DNA of 42,626 nucleotides from a virus. Taxonomy: Duplodnaviria; Caudoviricetes. Below the pieces are notes generated by a model, which saw nothing but the letters and a program-made list of their open reading frames with translations, did no database searches and was not told where the DNA came from. The DNA is taken from positions 1 to 42,626 of the IMG/VR virus record IMGVR_UViG_3300002301_000031, one strand, 5' to 3'. This document shows, in pieces, positions 18,933-28,258 of this stretch. The translations under genes and the position numbers were made by a program. How positions within the stretch are numbered: the stretch's first letter is position 1; every line of letters begins with the position of its first letter.

Positions 18933-19556
18933 ATGCCAAACTGGTGCTATAATACTGCAAAGTTCACTCACAAAGACCCTGCAATGATTGCACGAGTTGC
19001 AAAGGGATATAATGAAGGCAAGTTGTTTAGCGAGTTTGATCCAACTCCGCCAGAATTGTTAGAAGATGTACCAGTTGGCGAAAATTATGCTGAACGCTCT
19101 GCTGCTCGTGAAGCAGAAAACGAAGAAAATTTTGGGTACAAAGATTGGTATCACTGGAACCTTGATAATTGGGGAACCAAGTGGGATGTTAATACCGAAA
19201 ATGCAGATGCTGCTGAATTAATTGACGGTGCTACTGAAATTACTTTATCATTTGATACTGCTTGGTCACCACCGATTGAATTTTATCGCACGATGACGGA
19301 TGCATTTGATTTTGAGGTTGAAGCCTATTATAATGAAGAAGGCATGACATTCTGCGGCAAATATACATCAGAAAATGATGATGACTTTTATGAATATAGC
19401 GACCAAACTGGTGATTGGGTGCAAGAAAACATTCCAACCGATATTCATGAACATTGGGGCATTGCTGATCTGTTAGATGATATGGCAGAAGATGAAGAAT
19501 TAGGCGATATTGACGATGCCGAAGATGGCGCAGATGATGAGGAAATGGGAGAATAA
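18933..19556 (+). CDS. YubB/Api92 ferredoxin-like domain protein (DUF1281-like)
   Basis: MPNWC.N, WY.W...NWGTKW, F.TAWSPP, Y.E.G..F.G; AGGAG RBS; TTGACA at 18879. Confidence 0.8.
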   Translation: MPNWCYNTAKFTHKDPAMIARVAKGYNEGKLFSEFDPTPPELLEDVPVGENYAERSAAREAENEENFGYKDWYHWNLDNWGTKWDVNTENADAAELIDGATEITLSFDTAWSPPIEFYRTMTDAFDFEVEAYYNEEGMTFCGKYTSENDDDFYEYSDQTGDWVQENIPTDIHEHWGIADLLDDMAEDEELGDIDDAEDGADDEEMGE

Positions 19557-19579
19557 TTCTCCCATTATTATATAATTTG

Positions 19580-20191
19580 ATGAACAAAGATTTTAAAAAA
19601 AAATTTAATCTTGGCGAATATAACAAAGTTGTTCATCAAATTTATAAAAGAACAAATTCTGATATCGTTGAAGAAGATGGCATTATCAATGAACAATATA
19701 ATGCCATTAATATGATAAAGAATTTGCAAAAATATGACATTTCATCGTTTATTAAAAACAAAACTGTCGTTGATGCTGGTTCTGGAATTGGTAGATTTTT
19801 AACTTTCATTTCGTTCTATAGACCATTAAAAATTATAAGTGTTGAACAAGATAGCAACTTCATAAACGAGCAAAAAGAATTTATCAAATCAAAATTTTTA
19901 TTTCTGCCTAATAAAAAAATTTGCAAAGATATAGATTTTTATAATGAAATTGTAGAAACATTCGTTGATAAGACGATAAATTATGACACAATTTGTTTCT
20001 TTCATGTATGGAATTTTTTAAGGTTTGAAGAGATTTTAAAAAAAACATCGGCTGATTTATTAATTTTAACGAGATTTAGGTCGTTGGGCAATCTTTATCA
20101 ATTATTAACCGATAATAACTATATTTTTAATATGGTAGATTTAAAAAATGCAGATGGCGACATATTCATAATTGCTAAAAAAAGTGCTTGA
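19580..20191 (+). CDS. Class I SAM-dependent methyltransferase-like protein (very AT-rich)
   Basis: VVDAGSGIG motif I followed by a second strand ending in E (ISVE). Confidence 0.7.
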   Translation: MNKDFKKKFNLGEYNKVVHQIYKRTNSDIVEEDGIINEQYNAINMIKNLQKYDISSFIKNKTVVDAGSGIGRFLTFISFYRPLKIISVEQDSNFINEQKEFIKSKFLFLPNKKICKDIDFYNEIVETFVDKTINYDTICFFHVWNFLRFEEILKKTSADLLILTRFRSLGNLYQLLTDNNYIFNMVDLKNADGDIFIIAKKSA

Positions 20192-20233
20192 CAACCTATA
20201 ATTCTGTGTTATTGTTATAATATAAACAGCAAC
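20186..20233 (+). repeat. Early promoter cassette, copy 1
   Basis: 44/48 identical to 20461-20508; TTGACA...TATAAT, followed by a GGAG RBS. Confidence 0.85.
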
Positions 20234-20243
20234 GGAGAAAACC

Positions 20244-20453
20244 ATGATTACCTTGGAAATTTGGCCAAAAGGTTATGCAGATTTTGGCGGTACTGTTACG
20301 GTTCGTCTTCCTGATGGATGCAATGATGCCGATATTCAAGAAGCTGTTCGTCGGGTTAATCCATGGGCAACGCTGTCATCAGTTCAACGTCCACGGGTGG
20401 TTGCACCAATAACCGAGGCTGAATTAAAATACTGGTTTGGCGATAATAGCTAA
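20244..20453 (+). CDS. Small early protein
   Basis: Own promoter and GGAG RBS. Confidence 0.7.
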   Translation: MITLEIWPKGYADFGGTVTVRLPDGCNDADIQEAVRRVNPWATLSSVQRPRVVAPITEAELKYWFGDNS

Positions 20454-20460
20454 ATTTTTC

Positions 20461-20508
20461 GCTTGACAACATGTAATTTTGTGTTATTGTTATAATATAG
20501 ACAGCAAC
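20461..20508 (+). repeat. Early promoter cassette, copy 2
   Basis: See copy 1. Confidence 0.85.
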
Positions 20509-20522
20509 AAGGAGATTGACTC

Positions 20523-20930
20523 ATGGCTTATATGTCCCAAGAAAAGAAGTCCAAGATTGCCCCAGTTGTTAAGCAAATTCTCGCCAAGTACGGCGTCAAG
20601 GGTTCGTTGGCGGTTTCAAATCATATGACCCTTGTCCTAAATGTCAAAAGCGGTCCTATTGACTTTATCCAGAACTACAATGACACGGTTGGTAATCAAC
20701 CTGGCGGTTTCCGTCTTGGTTCACCTGCAACCGACTATGTTGATGTCAATCCTTATCACTATCAAAACCATTTTTCTGGCAAGGCTCAAAAGTTCTTGAA
20801 GGAAATCATGACTGCCATGAATGATGGCAACCATGACCGCAGCGATGCACAGACCGATTACTTTGATGTGGGTTGGTATGTTGATGTCAATATCGGCAAG
20901 TGGAATAAACCTTACGAACTTACGAATTGA
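20523..20930 (+). CDS. Phage early protein (D.S..QTDYFDVGWY...IGKW.KPY family)
   Basis: AAGGAG RBS; C-terminal motif recalled from phage hypotheticals. Confidence 0.8.
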   Translation: MAYMSQEKKSKIAPVVKQILAKYGVKGSLAVSNHMTLVLNVKSGPIDFIQNYNDTVGNQPGGFRLGSPATDYVDVNPYHYQNHFSGKAQKFLKEIMTAMNDGNHDRSDAQTDYFDVGWYVDVNIGKWNKPYELTN

Positions 20931-20943
20931 TGGAGACGATATT

Positions 20944-21192
20944 ATGGCAAAAGAAATCAAAAATCCAAAAACTATCTTGAAACACTTGTTCCAAGATGAA
21001 TTTAATTTACAAAAAGTAACTGACATGTCACACTATTCTGATGCAGAGATAGCGGCAGAATTAGAAGACTTGGCAAAACAAGCATGGCAAAATGCTTATA
21101 TCAAGGTTGATTATAGCAAAGTAACTCCAAAAATGTTTCGTCTTGCCGCAGAAATCAGGGCAACAGAAATTAAATTATTGGATGATGAATAA
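20944..21192 (+). CDS. Hypothetical protein
   Basis: Start moved to MAKEIK behind GGAG. Confidence 0.65.
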   Translation: MAKEIKNPKTILKHLFQDEFNLQKVTDMSHYSDAEIAAELEDLAKQAWQNAYIKVDYSKVTPKMFRLAAEIRATEIKLLDDE

Positions 21193-21217
21193 GCCTTATC
21201 AACTGATTGGATAACCA

Positions 21218-21559
21218 ATGACCACCAATGCTTACATTTTTATGTGGTGCAATGAGGGGCTTGATAGTCTAGTCCCCATTACACAATACGAAGACCAAAT
21301 GTTGATTGATGCTGTTATGCATGGGAAAATTGTGCCTAGCAAAGTAGATTATATATTGAGTTATATGGCACTACGAGCACGGTTTAATTCGCAGCGAGCA
21401 TATGAAATTTATGCGATGGATTGTAGTGAAGACCTGAGCGAAGATGATCTGCGTCAATGTTTTGACGATGATCCACAGGGAATTGTGGATGTTATTCGTG
21501 AGCGTGGTGTTAAACTTTATAGCGATTATAGCGGTAAAAAAAGCAAAATAATCGCTTGA
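21218..21559 (+). CDS. Hypothetical protein (LRARFN.QR.YEIY)
   Basis: Intact ORF in the early operon. Confidence 0.75.
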   Translation: MTTNAYIFMWCNEGLDSLVPITQYEDQMLIDAVMHGKIVPSKVDYILSYMALRARFNSQRAYEIYAMDCSEDLSEDDLRQCFDDDPQGIVDVIRERGVKLYSDYSGKKSKIIA

Positions 21560-21609
21560 CAATCTTAAAATATATGCTATTGTAAGAATATAAGCAATGG
21601 AGAAGTTAA

Positions 21610-21828
21610 ATGACTGTCAATGAAGCAACTGCTCTCGCCACTCGTATTGAGTCTGTTATCGCACGGTGCAAGCGCCTTGAGATTTCACAGGCAGATACGC
21701 TTGCTGAAATTCATTATATTGCCAACGATCTTCGTGATTATGCGGATAATCTTGATCGTGAAATGTATGAAGAACTTGGACATGCCCTTGAACGGTATGA
21801 TGATGCAATGATGGTAAAAGGAGTATAA
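21610..21828 (+). CDS. Small early protein
   Basis: TTGACA at 21556; GGAG RBS. Confidence 0.7.
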   Translation: MTVNEATALATRIESVIARCKRLEISQADTLAEIHYIANDLRDYADNLDREMYEELGHALERYDDAMMVKGV

Positions 21829-21830
21829 AA

Positions 21831-22025
21831 ATGAGTAAGTTTATTAAAGAAGCTTTCGGTCTAGTTGGACTAATTGTATTTGCTGTAATTATTGTAATCG
21901 CTGGTCCACTCATTACGATTTGGGCGTTGGATACAATGTTTCCTGCTTTGAATATTCCTATGAATTTTCAAACTTGGTTGGCAGCACTCGTTCTTGGTAG
22001 TTTTTTCTCAAAAACAAAGGTCTAA
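21831..22025 (+). CDS. Small two-helix membrane protein
   Basis: AAGGAG RBS; two hydrophobic stretches. Confidence 0.75.
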   Translation: MSKFIKEAFGLVGLIVFAVIIVIAGPLITIWALDTMFPALNIPMNFQTWLAALVLGSFFSKTKV

Positions 22026-22029
22026 TAAA

Positions 22030-22170
22030 ATGAAGCGTTTTACTTTTAAGATGGATAGCGGCGATGCGTTTCTTTGTATCGCACAGGATTTTAAGTCAGC
22101 TTGTTTGCTGTTTGACCAGAACCAGATGGGGTTCCGACCCCAAGATATTCTGGAAATTATTGAGCGATAA
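22030..22170 (+). CDS. 46-aa protein (MKRFTFKMDSGDAF...), below the ORF-track cutoff
   Basis: Hand-translated; fills the gap up to the terminator. Confidence 0.6.
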   Translation: MKRFTFKMDSGDAFLCIAQDFKSACLLFDQNQMGFRPQDILEIIER

Positions 22171-22176
22171 AAAAGA

Positions 22177-22203
22177 AAAATCCTCCGAAAGGGGGATTTT
22201 TTT
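22177..22203 (+). terminator. Intrinsic terminator
   Basis: AAAATCCTCC-GAAA-GGGGGATTTT plus T-run. Confidence 0.8.
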
Positions 22204-22217
22204 ATTAAGTACTGTTT

Positions 22218-23417
22218 ATGCAGTCAATTGAAAAAAATTATCATATATTTTTACCATCGTATGATGGTTATCAATTAACAGAAATGATTAATTTAATAGA
22301 TAAATGCAATCTACATGATAATTTTATTTTTGTCGTAAAATATATCAAATACATCAATCACAATTTTTTTAAAAAAGAAGTTATTAGAGAGCAAAAAGAA
22401 ATATTACTTTATTATAAAAATTATTGTTATAAGAATAATTTAAAATTAAAAATATTAATAGATGCAGAGTTTGAAGCCCCAGCATATCGTTATAATTTGA
22501 CAAAATATTGTGATTTTTTAATTGAATTGCTAGATATTAAATTATCAGATATAATAATATTTGGCGTTGGTGAACATCAATTTGATGATGATATTAATTT
22601 TGCAGTGTCGCATGTTCCAACATTATTAGATGAAATGTTTAATGATTCAACCGAAATTTTATTACCAAATCATCATTTTATTAGTTTGGCAAGGATTGTT
22701 AGGCCGCATAGATTATATTTTACAACTAAGTTAATAGACAAGGATTTAATAAAATTTGGAAAATTAAGTTTGGGCAGTGGCTATTATTTTAACAATTCTG
22801 AAAATGAACTTTTAAATTTTTTACCAGAAAAATATAAAAAATTTATGCCGATGGTCATAGATGGAACAATTATTAATGATGATATAAATGCGTATGTTAG
22901 CATACATCCGTCGATGCAATCTGCATTTATTAATATAGTGCACGAAACTGCGTTTGATCCATCTCTTTTGCCTACTATTTTAAATACATATAATACAACA
23001 GAAGATTCAGTAGGATTTTCTATTTGGAAAAACATCACTAATTCAAAAAAATTAACATGGCAAGTAAACAGTTTTACAGAAAAAAGTATGAAGCCATTTG
23101 TGTGGGGACAAGTTCCAATCTTTAACACTGTATATGATAATTTAAAATATATTCGCAAATTAGGTTTTGATTTGTTTGATGACATTATTGATCATAGCTA
23201 TGATCAAATTAAAGACCCAATAGCAAGAATAGACGCAGCGATTGCACAATTAGAAAAAATATGCAAGTGGTCAATTGAAGATTGTCAAGAATATAAAAAG
23301 AAAAATATAACAAGATTTGTTAGAAATCGTGAAATTGCCCAAGAATTGCATGATCATACATTTGAAAAAATGGCGCTAGATAGCTTACAAAAAGCACTTG
23401 ACAAATACAAAACTTAA
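22218..23417 (+). CDS. AT-rich glycosyltransferase-like protein (GT10-like C-terminus)
   Basis: INIVHET...TEKS.KP....VP, LGFDLFDDIIDHSYD pattern; the GT call is inference. Confidence 0.55.
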   Translation: MQSIEKNYHIFLPSYDGYQLTEMINLIDKCNLHDNFIFVVKYIKYINHNFFKKEVIREQKEILLYYKNYCYKNNLKLKILIDAEFEAPAYRYNLTKYCDFLIELLDIKLSDIIIFGVGEHQFDDDINFAVSHVPTLLDEMFNDSTEILLPNHHFISLARIVRPHRLYFTTKLIDKDLIKFGKLSLGSGYYFNNSENELLNFLPEKYKKFMPMVIDGTIINDDINAYVSIHPSMQSAFINIVHETAFDPSLLPTILNTYNTTEDSVGFSIWKNITNSKKLTWQVNSFTEKSMKPFVWGQVPIFNTVYDNLKYIRKLGFDLFDDIIDHSYDQIKDPIARIDAAIAQLEKICKWSIEDCQEYKKKNITRFVRNREIAQELHDHTFEKMALDSLQKALDKYKT

Positions 23418-23431
23418 CATATAATAATGTT

Positions 23432-23704
23432 ATGAGCAGTCGTGTAATCAGAATTGATAGAACAAAACACACCACAACAGAAGTTGTTCGGTGGTTGGAA
23501 CGCAACGTAGGGCCAAGTATTCCCGATGGGCGTGGTTATGAGAATCCTGATACAGGTCGTGATTGGAGACTTAAAACATCCACCGAAACAAAGAAAAGCA
23601 ATACAGTTGGTATACGGAGACCTGTTGCATTTGGATTATATTGTGAGTTTGCTGACACGGTTGATGAAGGTATTATCTTATATTTCGCATTGAGATTTAC
23701 ATGA
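23432..23704 (+). CDS. Small protein, F.LR[FW] C-terminal family
   Basis: TTGACA at 23398; ends YFALRFT. Confidence 0.7.
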   Translation: MSSRVIRIDRTKHTTTEVVRWLERNVGPSIPDGRGYENPDTGRDWRLKTSTETKKSNTVGIRRPVAFGLYCEFADTVDEGIILYFALRFT

Positions 23705-23928
23705 AAATTAAAAATTTGCTGATTCAACTTAGTTTTCAAGAGTGGAAACTAATTAAACGCGATATCATTAAAGAATATGGATTATCTATTCTTATTTCTT
23801 GGCGGATGCGGCAAGAACTTGGATGCGTATGCAGAATAGTTTGGCAAAATTCAGGAGATGGTGATCAAGTATTTTTAGATTTCTGGGATGAAGCAGACAT
23901 GACAATGTTTGCAATGAGATGGGCATGA
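23701..23928 (+). CDS. Small protein, F.LR[FW] C-terminal family
   Basis: ATGA overlap; ends DFWDEADMTMFAMRW. Confidence 0.7.
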   Translation: MKIKNLLIQLSFQEWKLIKRDIIKEYGLSILISWRMRQELGCVCRIVWQNSGDGDQVFLDFWDEADMTMFAMRWA

Positions 23929-24245
23929 ACAATAATCGTCCTGTTGCTGTTTCAGGTCAAATATGGTATGATACACAATCATCAGAAATAAAAATCTTTG
24001 ATGGAACTGATTGGGTCACTATTAATAAAATGAAACCTATACAAAATGATATTAAAACAGAATATATATGGAAGCGCAAGTTTGCCTTTATGCCACATCG
24101 TTGTAAATTATCAGGCAATATCATTTGGTTAAAATATGGTATGTATAGGGAACACAGCGTGAGCGGTTGGGCAGGTAGTTTAATAATGGAGTATCGTTGG
24201 CACGATGAACACGAACATCTAAATTGGGTAATCGCAAATGCATAA
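23925..24245 (+). CDS. Hypothetical protein (GQIWYD...IFDG..W; W.RKFA..P.RC..SG..IWL)
   Basis: ATGA overlap; start moved to 23925. Confidence 0.65.
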   Translation: MNNNRPVAVSGQIWYDTQSSEIKIFDGTDWVTINKMKPIQNDIKTEYIWKRKFAFMPHRCKLSGNIIWLKYGMYREHSVSGWAGSLIMEYRWHDEHEHLNWVIANA

Positions 24246-24471
24246 AGAAATTGACGTGCCAAATAATATGCTACATAAATGGTTATATTATGAAACTGGG
24301 TTTGAACAGTTGCATCCAGTTCCAGATATTATTCATTGGATGGAAGAGCAAGGTTATGTGTATGGTAGAGATTGGAAAGTAGATACTTTTACTGGCAGAA
24401 ATTATTGGATTGATTTTCCTAATGATGAAATAGCAGCGTTATTTGTAGCACGATGGTCAGCGTATGATTGA
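24238..24471 (+). CDS. Small protein, F.LR[FW] C-terminal family
   Basis: Ends DFPNDEIAALFVARWS. Confidence 0.7.
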   Translation: MHKEIDVPNNMLHKWLYYETGFEQLHPVPDIIHWMEEQGYVYGRDWKVDTFTGRNYWIDFPNDEIAALFVARWSAYD

Positions 24472-24718
24472 TTTAAATTTTGAAAATGGTTTTTGGATTC
24501 CACATCATTGGCCTGATAGAGATTCAACATCCTATTCTATTTGGAAAAATTTTAGCCAATATTGCCGTGAAAAAGGTAGTTTTAACGAAGTTGTGCTTCT
24601 AACCGAGTTTAATGCCAAAGCACAACGATATGCTGGCGATGATGATGACGATGATCAATGGTTTGTGCGATTTAATACACCCGAAGACTATACTTTTTTT
24701 ATAATGAAATTTGCGTAA
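24464..24718 (+). CDS. Small protein, F.LR[FW] C-terminal family
   Basis: Ends RFNTPEDYTFFIMKF. Confidence 0.7.
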   Translation: MIDLNFENGFWIPHHWPDRDSTSYSIWKNFSQYCREKGSFNEVVLLTEFNAKAQRYAGDDDDDDQWFVRFNTPEDYTFFIMKFA

Positions 24719-24948
24719 TGGCTAAAATGAGAGTTCATGAGTTAGGATTGCAACGCTGGCATATGAGCGTATGGTTTCTTAACGACGATAACAGTGTAAA
24801 TTGGGAGTTCAAGAAGTGGATGGCTGACAATTATCCAGATTGCCTTTGCATACACAGATTTAACAATGGCGAACCATATTGGGAATTACGAGGCGGTGAC
24901 CCAATGGACCAAGCATTCATAGCAATGCGTTGGGGCGGCGATAATTAA
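24718..24948 (+). CDS. Small protein, F.LR[FW] C-terminal family
   Basis: Ends DQAFIAMRWG. Confidence 0.7.
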   Translation: MAKMRVHELGLQRWHMSVWFLNDDNSVNWEFKKWMADNYPDCLCIHRFNNGEPYWELRGGDPMDQAFIAMRWGGDN

Positions 24949-24952
24949 TTAT

Positions 24953-25675
24953 ATGCGCAGACTATTCACATTTGGATGTTCGTTTACAAGTTATCATTGG
25001 CCAACATGGGCTGATATTGTAGGCAAAGAATTTGATTATTTTGAAAACTGGGGCATGAGTGGCGCTAGTAATCAGTATATGTTTAATACTTTAATTGAAG
25101 CAAACTTGCGAAACAAATTTACAAGTGATGATACCATTATCATCATGTGGTCAAATGTATCTAGGTTAGATACCTATCGCAATAAAAGTTGGTTCCTACT
25201 AGGCAACATTTATACAACTGATTTTTATGATGAAAAATTCTTAGAAAAATTTACAGATTATCGTGGTTTTTTAATTAGAGACTTATCAACGATTGCAGCA
25301 ACAAATGATTTGCTAAAATTATGGAATGTAAAATATTATAATTTAAGTATGGTTCCAATAACAAGCATAAATCAATCAAGCACTGGTGATATAAAAGATA
25401 TCCTAGATATTGTTGTTCTTTATAAAGAAACAATAGAACAAATAAAACCAAGTGTGTTTGAAAAAGTTTTTAATTATAATTGGCAAGTTGTAAGAGATGA
25501 ACCACCACTGCTTGATCCTTGGTATGATTTTCATCCAAGACCCCTTGAACATTTACAATATCTTGATGCAGTATTGCCAGAAATTGCAATAAGTGATGAA
25601 ACTAGAAATTGGGTTAAAAATTATCCTTACTGGCAAGATAAGAAATTTTTAAACTATCCAAAAATTCGTCTATAA
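24953..25675 (+). CDS. SGNH/GDSL-hydrolase-like protein
   Basis: TFGCSFT block I, N.G.SGASN block II, D.HP....H near the C-terminus. Confidence 0.65.
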   Translation: MRRLFTFGCSFTSYHWPTWADIVGKEFDYFENWGMSGASNQYMFNTLIEANLRNKFTSDDTIIIMWSNVSRLDTYRNKSWFLLGNIYTTDFYDEKFLEKFTDYRGFLIRDLSTIAATNDLLKLWNVKYYNLSMVPITSINQSSTGDIKDILDIVVLYKETIEQIKPSVFEKVFNYNWQVVRDEPPLLDPWYDFHPRPLEHLQYLDAVLPEIAISDETRNWVKNYPYWQDKKFLNYPKIRL

Positions 25676-25683
25676 ATATTCGC

Positions 25684-26817
25684 ATGCAAGTATCAATGAT
25701 CGGTTTAGGCAAACTTGGGCTAGAAGCAGCCAATGTTATCAATAAAAGTTATCCTGTAATAGGATATGATATCAATCCTGTTGTGGCTACATTTCTCGTG
25801 CGTGACACTATTAAAGATGCTGTACAAGATAGCAAGTTTATCTTTGTGGCAGTTCCTACGCCGCATCATCCTGAATATAGTGGCAGCGATCCTACCAGTC
25901 ATTTGCCACCAAAAGATTTTGACTATACCATCCTAAAAAGTGTTTTAATTGAGATCAGTAAACATCTTAAACCTGAACAGCAAGTATGTGTAATTTGCAC
26001 TGTTATGCCAGGCACAACTCGTCGTGAATTGGCAACAATCATTCCTAATATTTTATATAATCCATGTGTTATTGCACAAGGCACTGTAGCTAAAGATTTT
26101 GAAAACCCTGAAATTGTAATTGTAGGCGGTGAACCATCTAATCCAAATCGTGCTAAACTAGCGCAGTTTTATCGCAGTATTAATGGTGAAAGTGTTCATC
26201 TGGTTGAAGGCGAATGGGAAGATGCTGAACTTACCAAGATATTTTATAATACATTCTTAACTTATAAAATTACACTTGCCAATACAATTCATGATATGGT
26301 AGATAAACTTGGATATGGTAACAGCGATATTGTAACCGATGGTCTAGCTAATTGCACTCGTAAGATTAGTGCGCCAGCTTATATGACTGCTGGCATGGGG
26401 GTGGGTGGCCCTTGTCATCCTCGTGATATTATTGCCATGAATTGGTTTAGTCAAAGCATTGATCTTGGTTATGACTTGTTTGGCAATCTAAGTGAAATTC
26501 GTGAAATCCAAGCCAAGAACCTAGCTGATAAACTATGCAGTTATGGATTACCAGTTGTTATATTGGGGCGTGGATTTAAAGAAAATATTGCTCAACATGA
26601 TGGCAGTTATGCGTTGCTTGTTGGGCATTATATAGCCAATGTTAGCTATCATGATCCGCTCAATAACATTGAATATAGTGGAAAAGAACCAGTAGTATAT
26701 CTTGTAAGCTATCATCATAATTGGATTAAATCGCATGATTTTATTCCCAATAGCATCGTGGTTGATCCTTGGCGCAAGAATTTATCCATTGCAAACTGCC
26801 AAGTAATCAATCTTTAA
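25684..26817 (+). CDS. UDP-glucose/GDP-mannose dehydrogenase family
   Basis: IGLGKLG Rossmann motif, FVAVPTP, TV.PGT, AEL.K...N, catalytic GGPCHPRD. Confidence 0.9.
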   Translation: MQVSMIGLGKLGLEAANVINKSYPVIGYDINPVVATFLVRDTIKDAVQDSKFIFVAVPTPHHPEYSGSDPTSHLPPKDFDYTILKSVLIEISKHLKPEQQVCVICTVMPGTTRRELATIIPNILYNPCVIAQGTVAKDFENPEIVIVGGEPSNPNRAKLAQFYRSINGESVHLVEGEWEDAELTKIFYNTFLTYKITLANTIHDMVDKLGYGNSDIVTDGLANCTRKISAPAYMTAGMGVGGPCHPRDIIAMNWFSQSIDLGYDLFGNLSEIREIQAKNLADKLCSYGLPVVILGRGFKENIAQHDGSYALLVGHYIANVSYHDPLNNIEYSGKEPVVYLVSYHHNWIKSHDFIPNSIVVDPWRKNLSIANCQVINL

Positions 26818-26876
26818 AAAGTTCTTGACATTTTCTAAATTCTATTGCATACTACTTGCAAGGATTAGGATTTAGC

Positions 26877-27107
26877 ATGGTCAGAAAAAGCAGTGAAATC
26901 ATTGAAGATTTTATCAACTCGCTAGAAAAACTAGTTGATACGCTAGATGATGAATGGCATCATAATGATGAAGGCGAGTGGCGTATGGCTGATAATATTC
27001 GTCAGCATATTTTGCCGCTTGTTAAAGAAAAATTCAAAGCAGACCTTGACGAATATATTGACCGCAGAATTGAAACCTACTTAGAAAGAACGAAGCACAA
27101 TGACTGA
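26877..27107 (+). CDS. Hypothetical protein
   Basis: TTGACA at 26825; start moved to MVRKSS. Confidence 0.65.
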   Translation: MVRKSSEIIEDFINSLEKLVDTLDDEWHHNDEGEWRMADNIRQHILPLVKEKFKADLDEYIDRRIETYLERTKHND

Positions 27108-27585
27108 TGAAACCGCCCCAAAACTAATTCAATATAAAGTATCAACACGCTATAAGAAGAGTGTTGCAGAAGTTGAGTATTATACCAAAGATGGCAAGAC
27201 CGTTGCTTATACCACTGGTTGGCGATGGGGATATGTTACACTGCTTGTTCCAGAAGGTACGGACCTTGCTGCTGAACTTGATGCAGAAAACAATGAGGTT
27301 TTAGAAATTGATGATCTTGAATATGAGGTCTATGATCGCGAAATGGATGATGGTTGTTGGGATGAATGGGATTATGGCGAACTTGATGATGATGAGATTG
27401 CAGCCATTGACGAAGCCATTGAAGAAGAAGGCGATGCATATAGCGCCCTTGTTGATATTCTAGGATGGGAGCAAAATGATAGTGAGTTATCATTTAGTGG
27501 TCCATTAGATATTGAAAACATGGGCGAATATGTTCCATATGTTTATACAGAAACCAATGAAGAAGGCGAAGACGATAATGTATAA
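27100..27585 (+). CDS. Acidic hypothetical protein (GWRWG, DDGCW)
   Basis: Coupled ORF. Confidence 0.75.
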   Translation: MTDETAPKLIQYKVSTRYKKSVAEVEYYTKDGKTVAYTTGWRWGYVTLLVPEGTDLAAELDAENNEVLEIDDLEYEVYDREMDDGCWDEWDYGELDDDEIAAIDEAIEEEGDAYSALVDILGWEQNDSELSFSGPLDIENMGEYVPYVYTETNEEGEDDNV

Positions 27586-27823
27586 GATTGAAATCAGTGA
27601 CGAAACCGCAGAAAGCATGTTCCGTGATATTCTCGTTGAAGACTATCGCCGTATTCGTAACGATATCTATGATTTGACCAACAAGGCAGTTGAAAAAGGC
27701 GAACTTAAACCTTTTGAACAAGAAGACCTTGAAAACAACAAAGAGTATTTTGAAGCCATGAAGGTTATGCTTGGTTATTACTTGCCACAAACCGATGCAG
27801 ACGCAATTATTGGTGAAGCATGA
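27578..27823 (+). CDS. Hypothetical protein
   Basis: Start moved to MYKIEI, overlapping the previous stop. Confidence 0.65.
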   Translation: MYKIEISDETAESMFRDILVEDYRRIRNDIYDLTNKAVEKGELKPFEQEDLENNKEYFEAMKVMLGYYLPQTDADAIIGEA

Positions 27824-28080
27824 AAATCGTTGAAAAACTTCGTTCTATTGCAGAAGATTGCGAACAAGGTGAGCGTTCACCAGTAAGCGGCATTTCTACT
27901 TGGCCAAAGGAAACTACGGTTGAGTGGAAGGCTGCTGATATTATTACACTGGCAATGCGAGAACTTACTGTTATCAGTGAAATGAATGAAGTGGTGCCAG
28001 CCGAAGCAATTCGTCATAGTGCCAAAATTGCAATTGCTCAATTAATGGAATTAATCAATGCCGCAGACTTGGACAGTTGA
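27820..28080 (+). CDS. Hypothetical protein
   Basis: ATGA overlap. Confidence 0.65.
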   Translation: MKIVEKLRSIAEDCEQGERSPVSGISTWPKETTVEWKAADIITLAMRELTVISEMNEVVPAEAIRHSAKIAIAQLMELINAADLDS

Positions 28081-28258
28081 ACTAGAAGAAGATGCAATGA
28101 CAGGTGAACTTTTATTACCTTTTCCAGAAGATGCGTTAAAACTTTTGGATTGGGAAGAAGGCACTGTTATTTGTTGGAAAATTACAACCGATAATAAAAT
28201 TATCTTAACCAAGAAAAGCGATGACGATGACGACGATGAAGATACAGGTAGTTTCTGA
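28058..28258 (+). CDS. AbrB/MazE/SpoVT-like DNA-binding protein
   Basis: GELLLPFP...L..L.W.EG..I.W swapped-hairpin pattern. Confidence 0.7.
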   Translation: MPQTWTVELEEDAMTGELLLPFPEDALKLLDWEEGTVICWKITTDNKIILTKKSDDDDDDEDTGSF

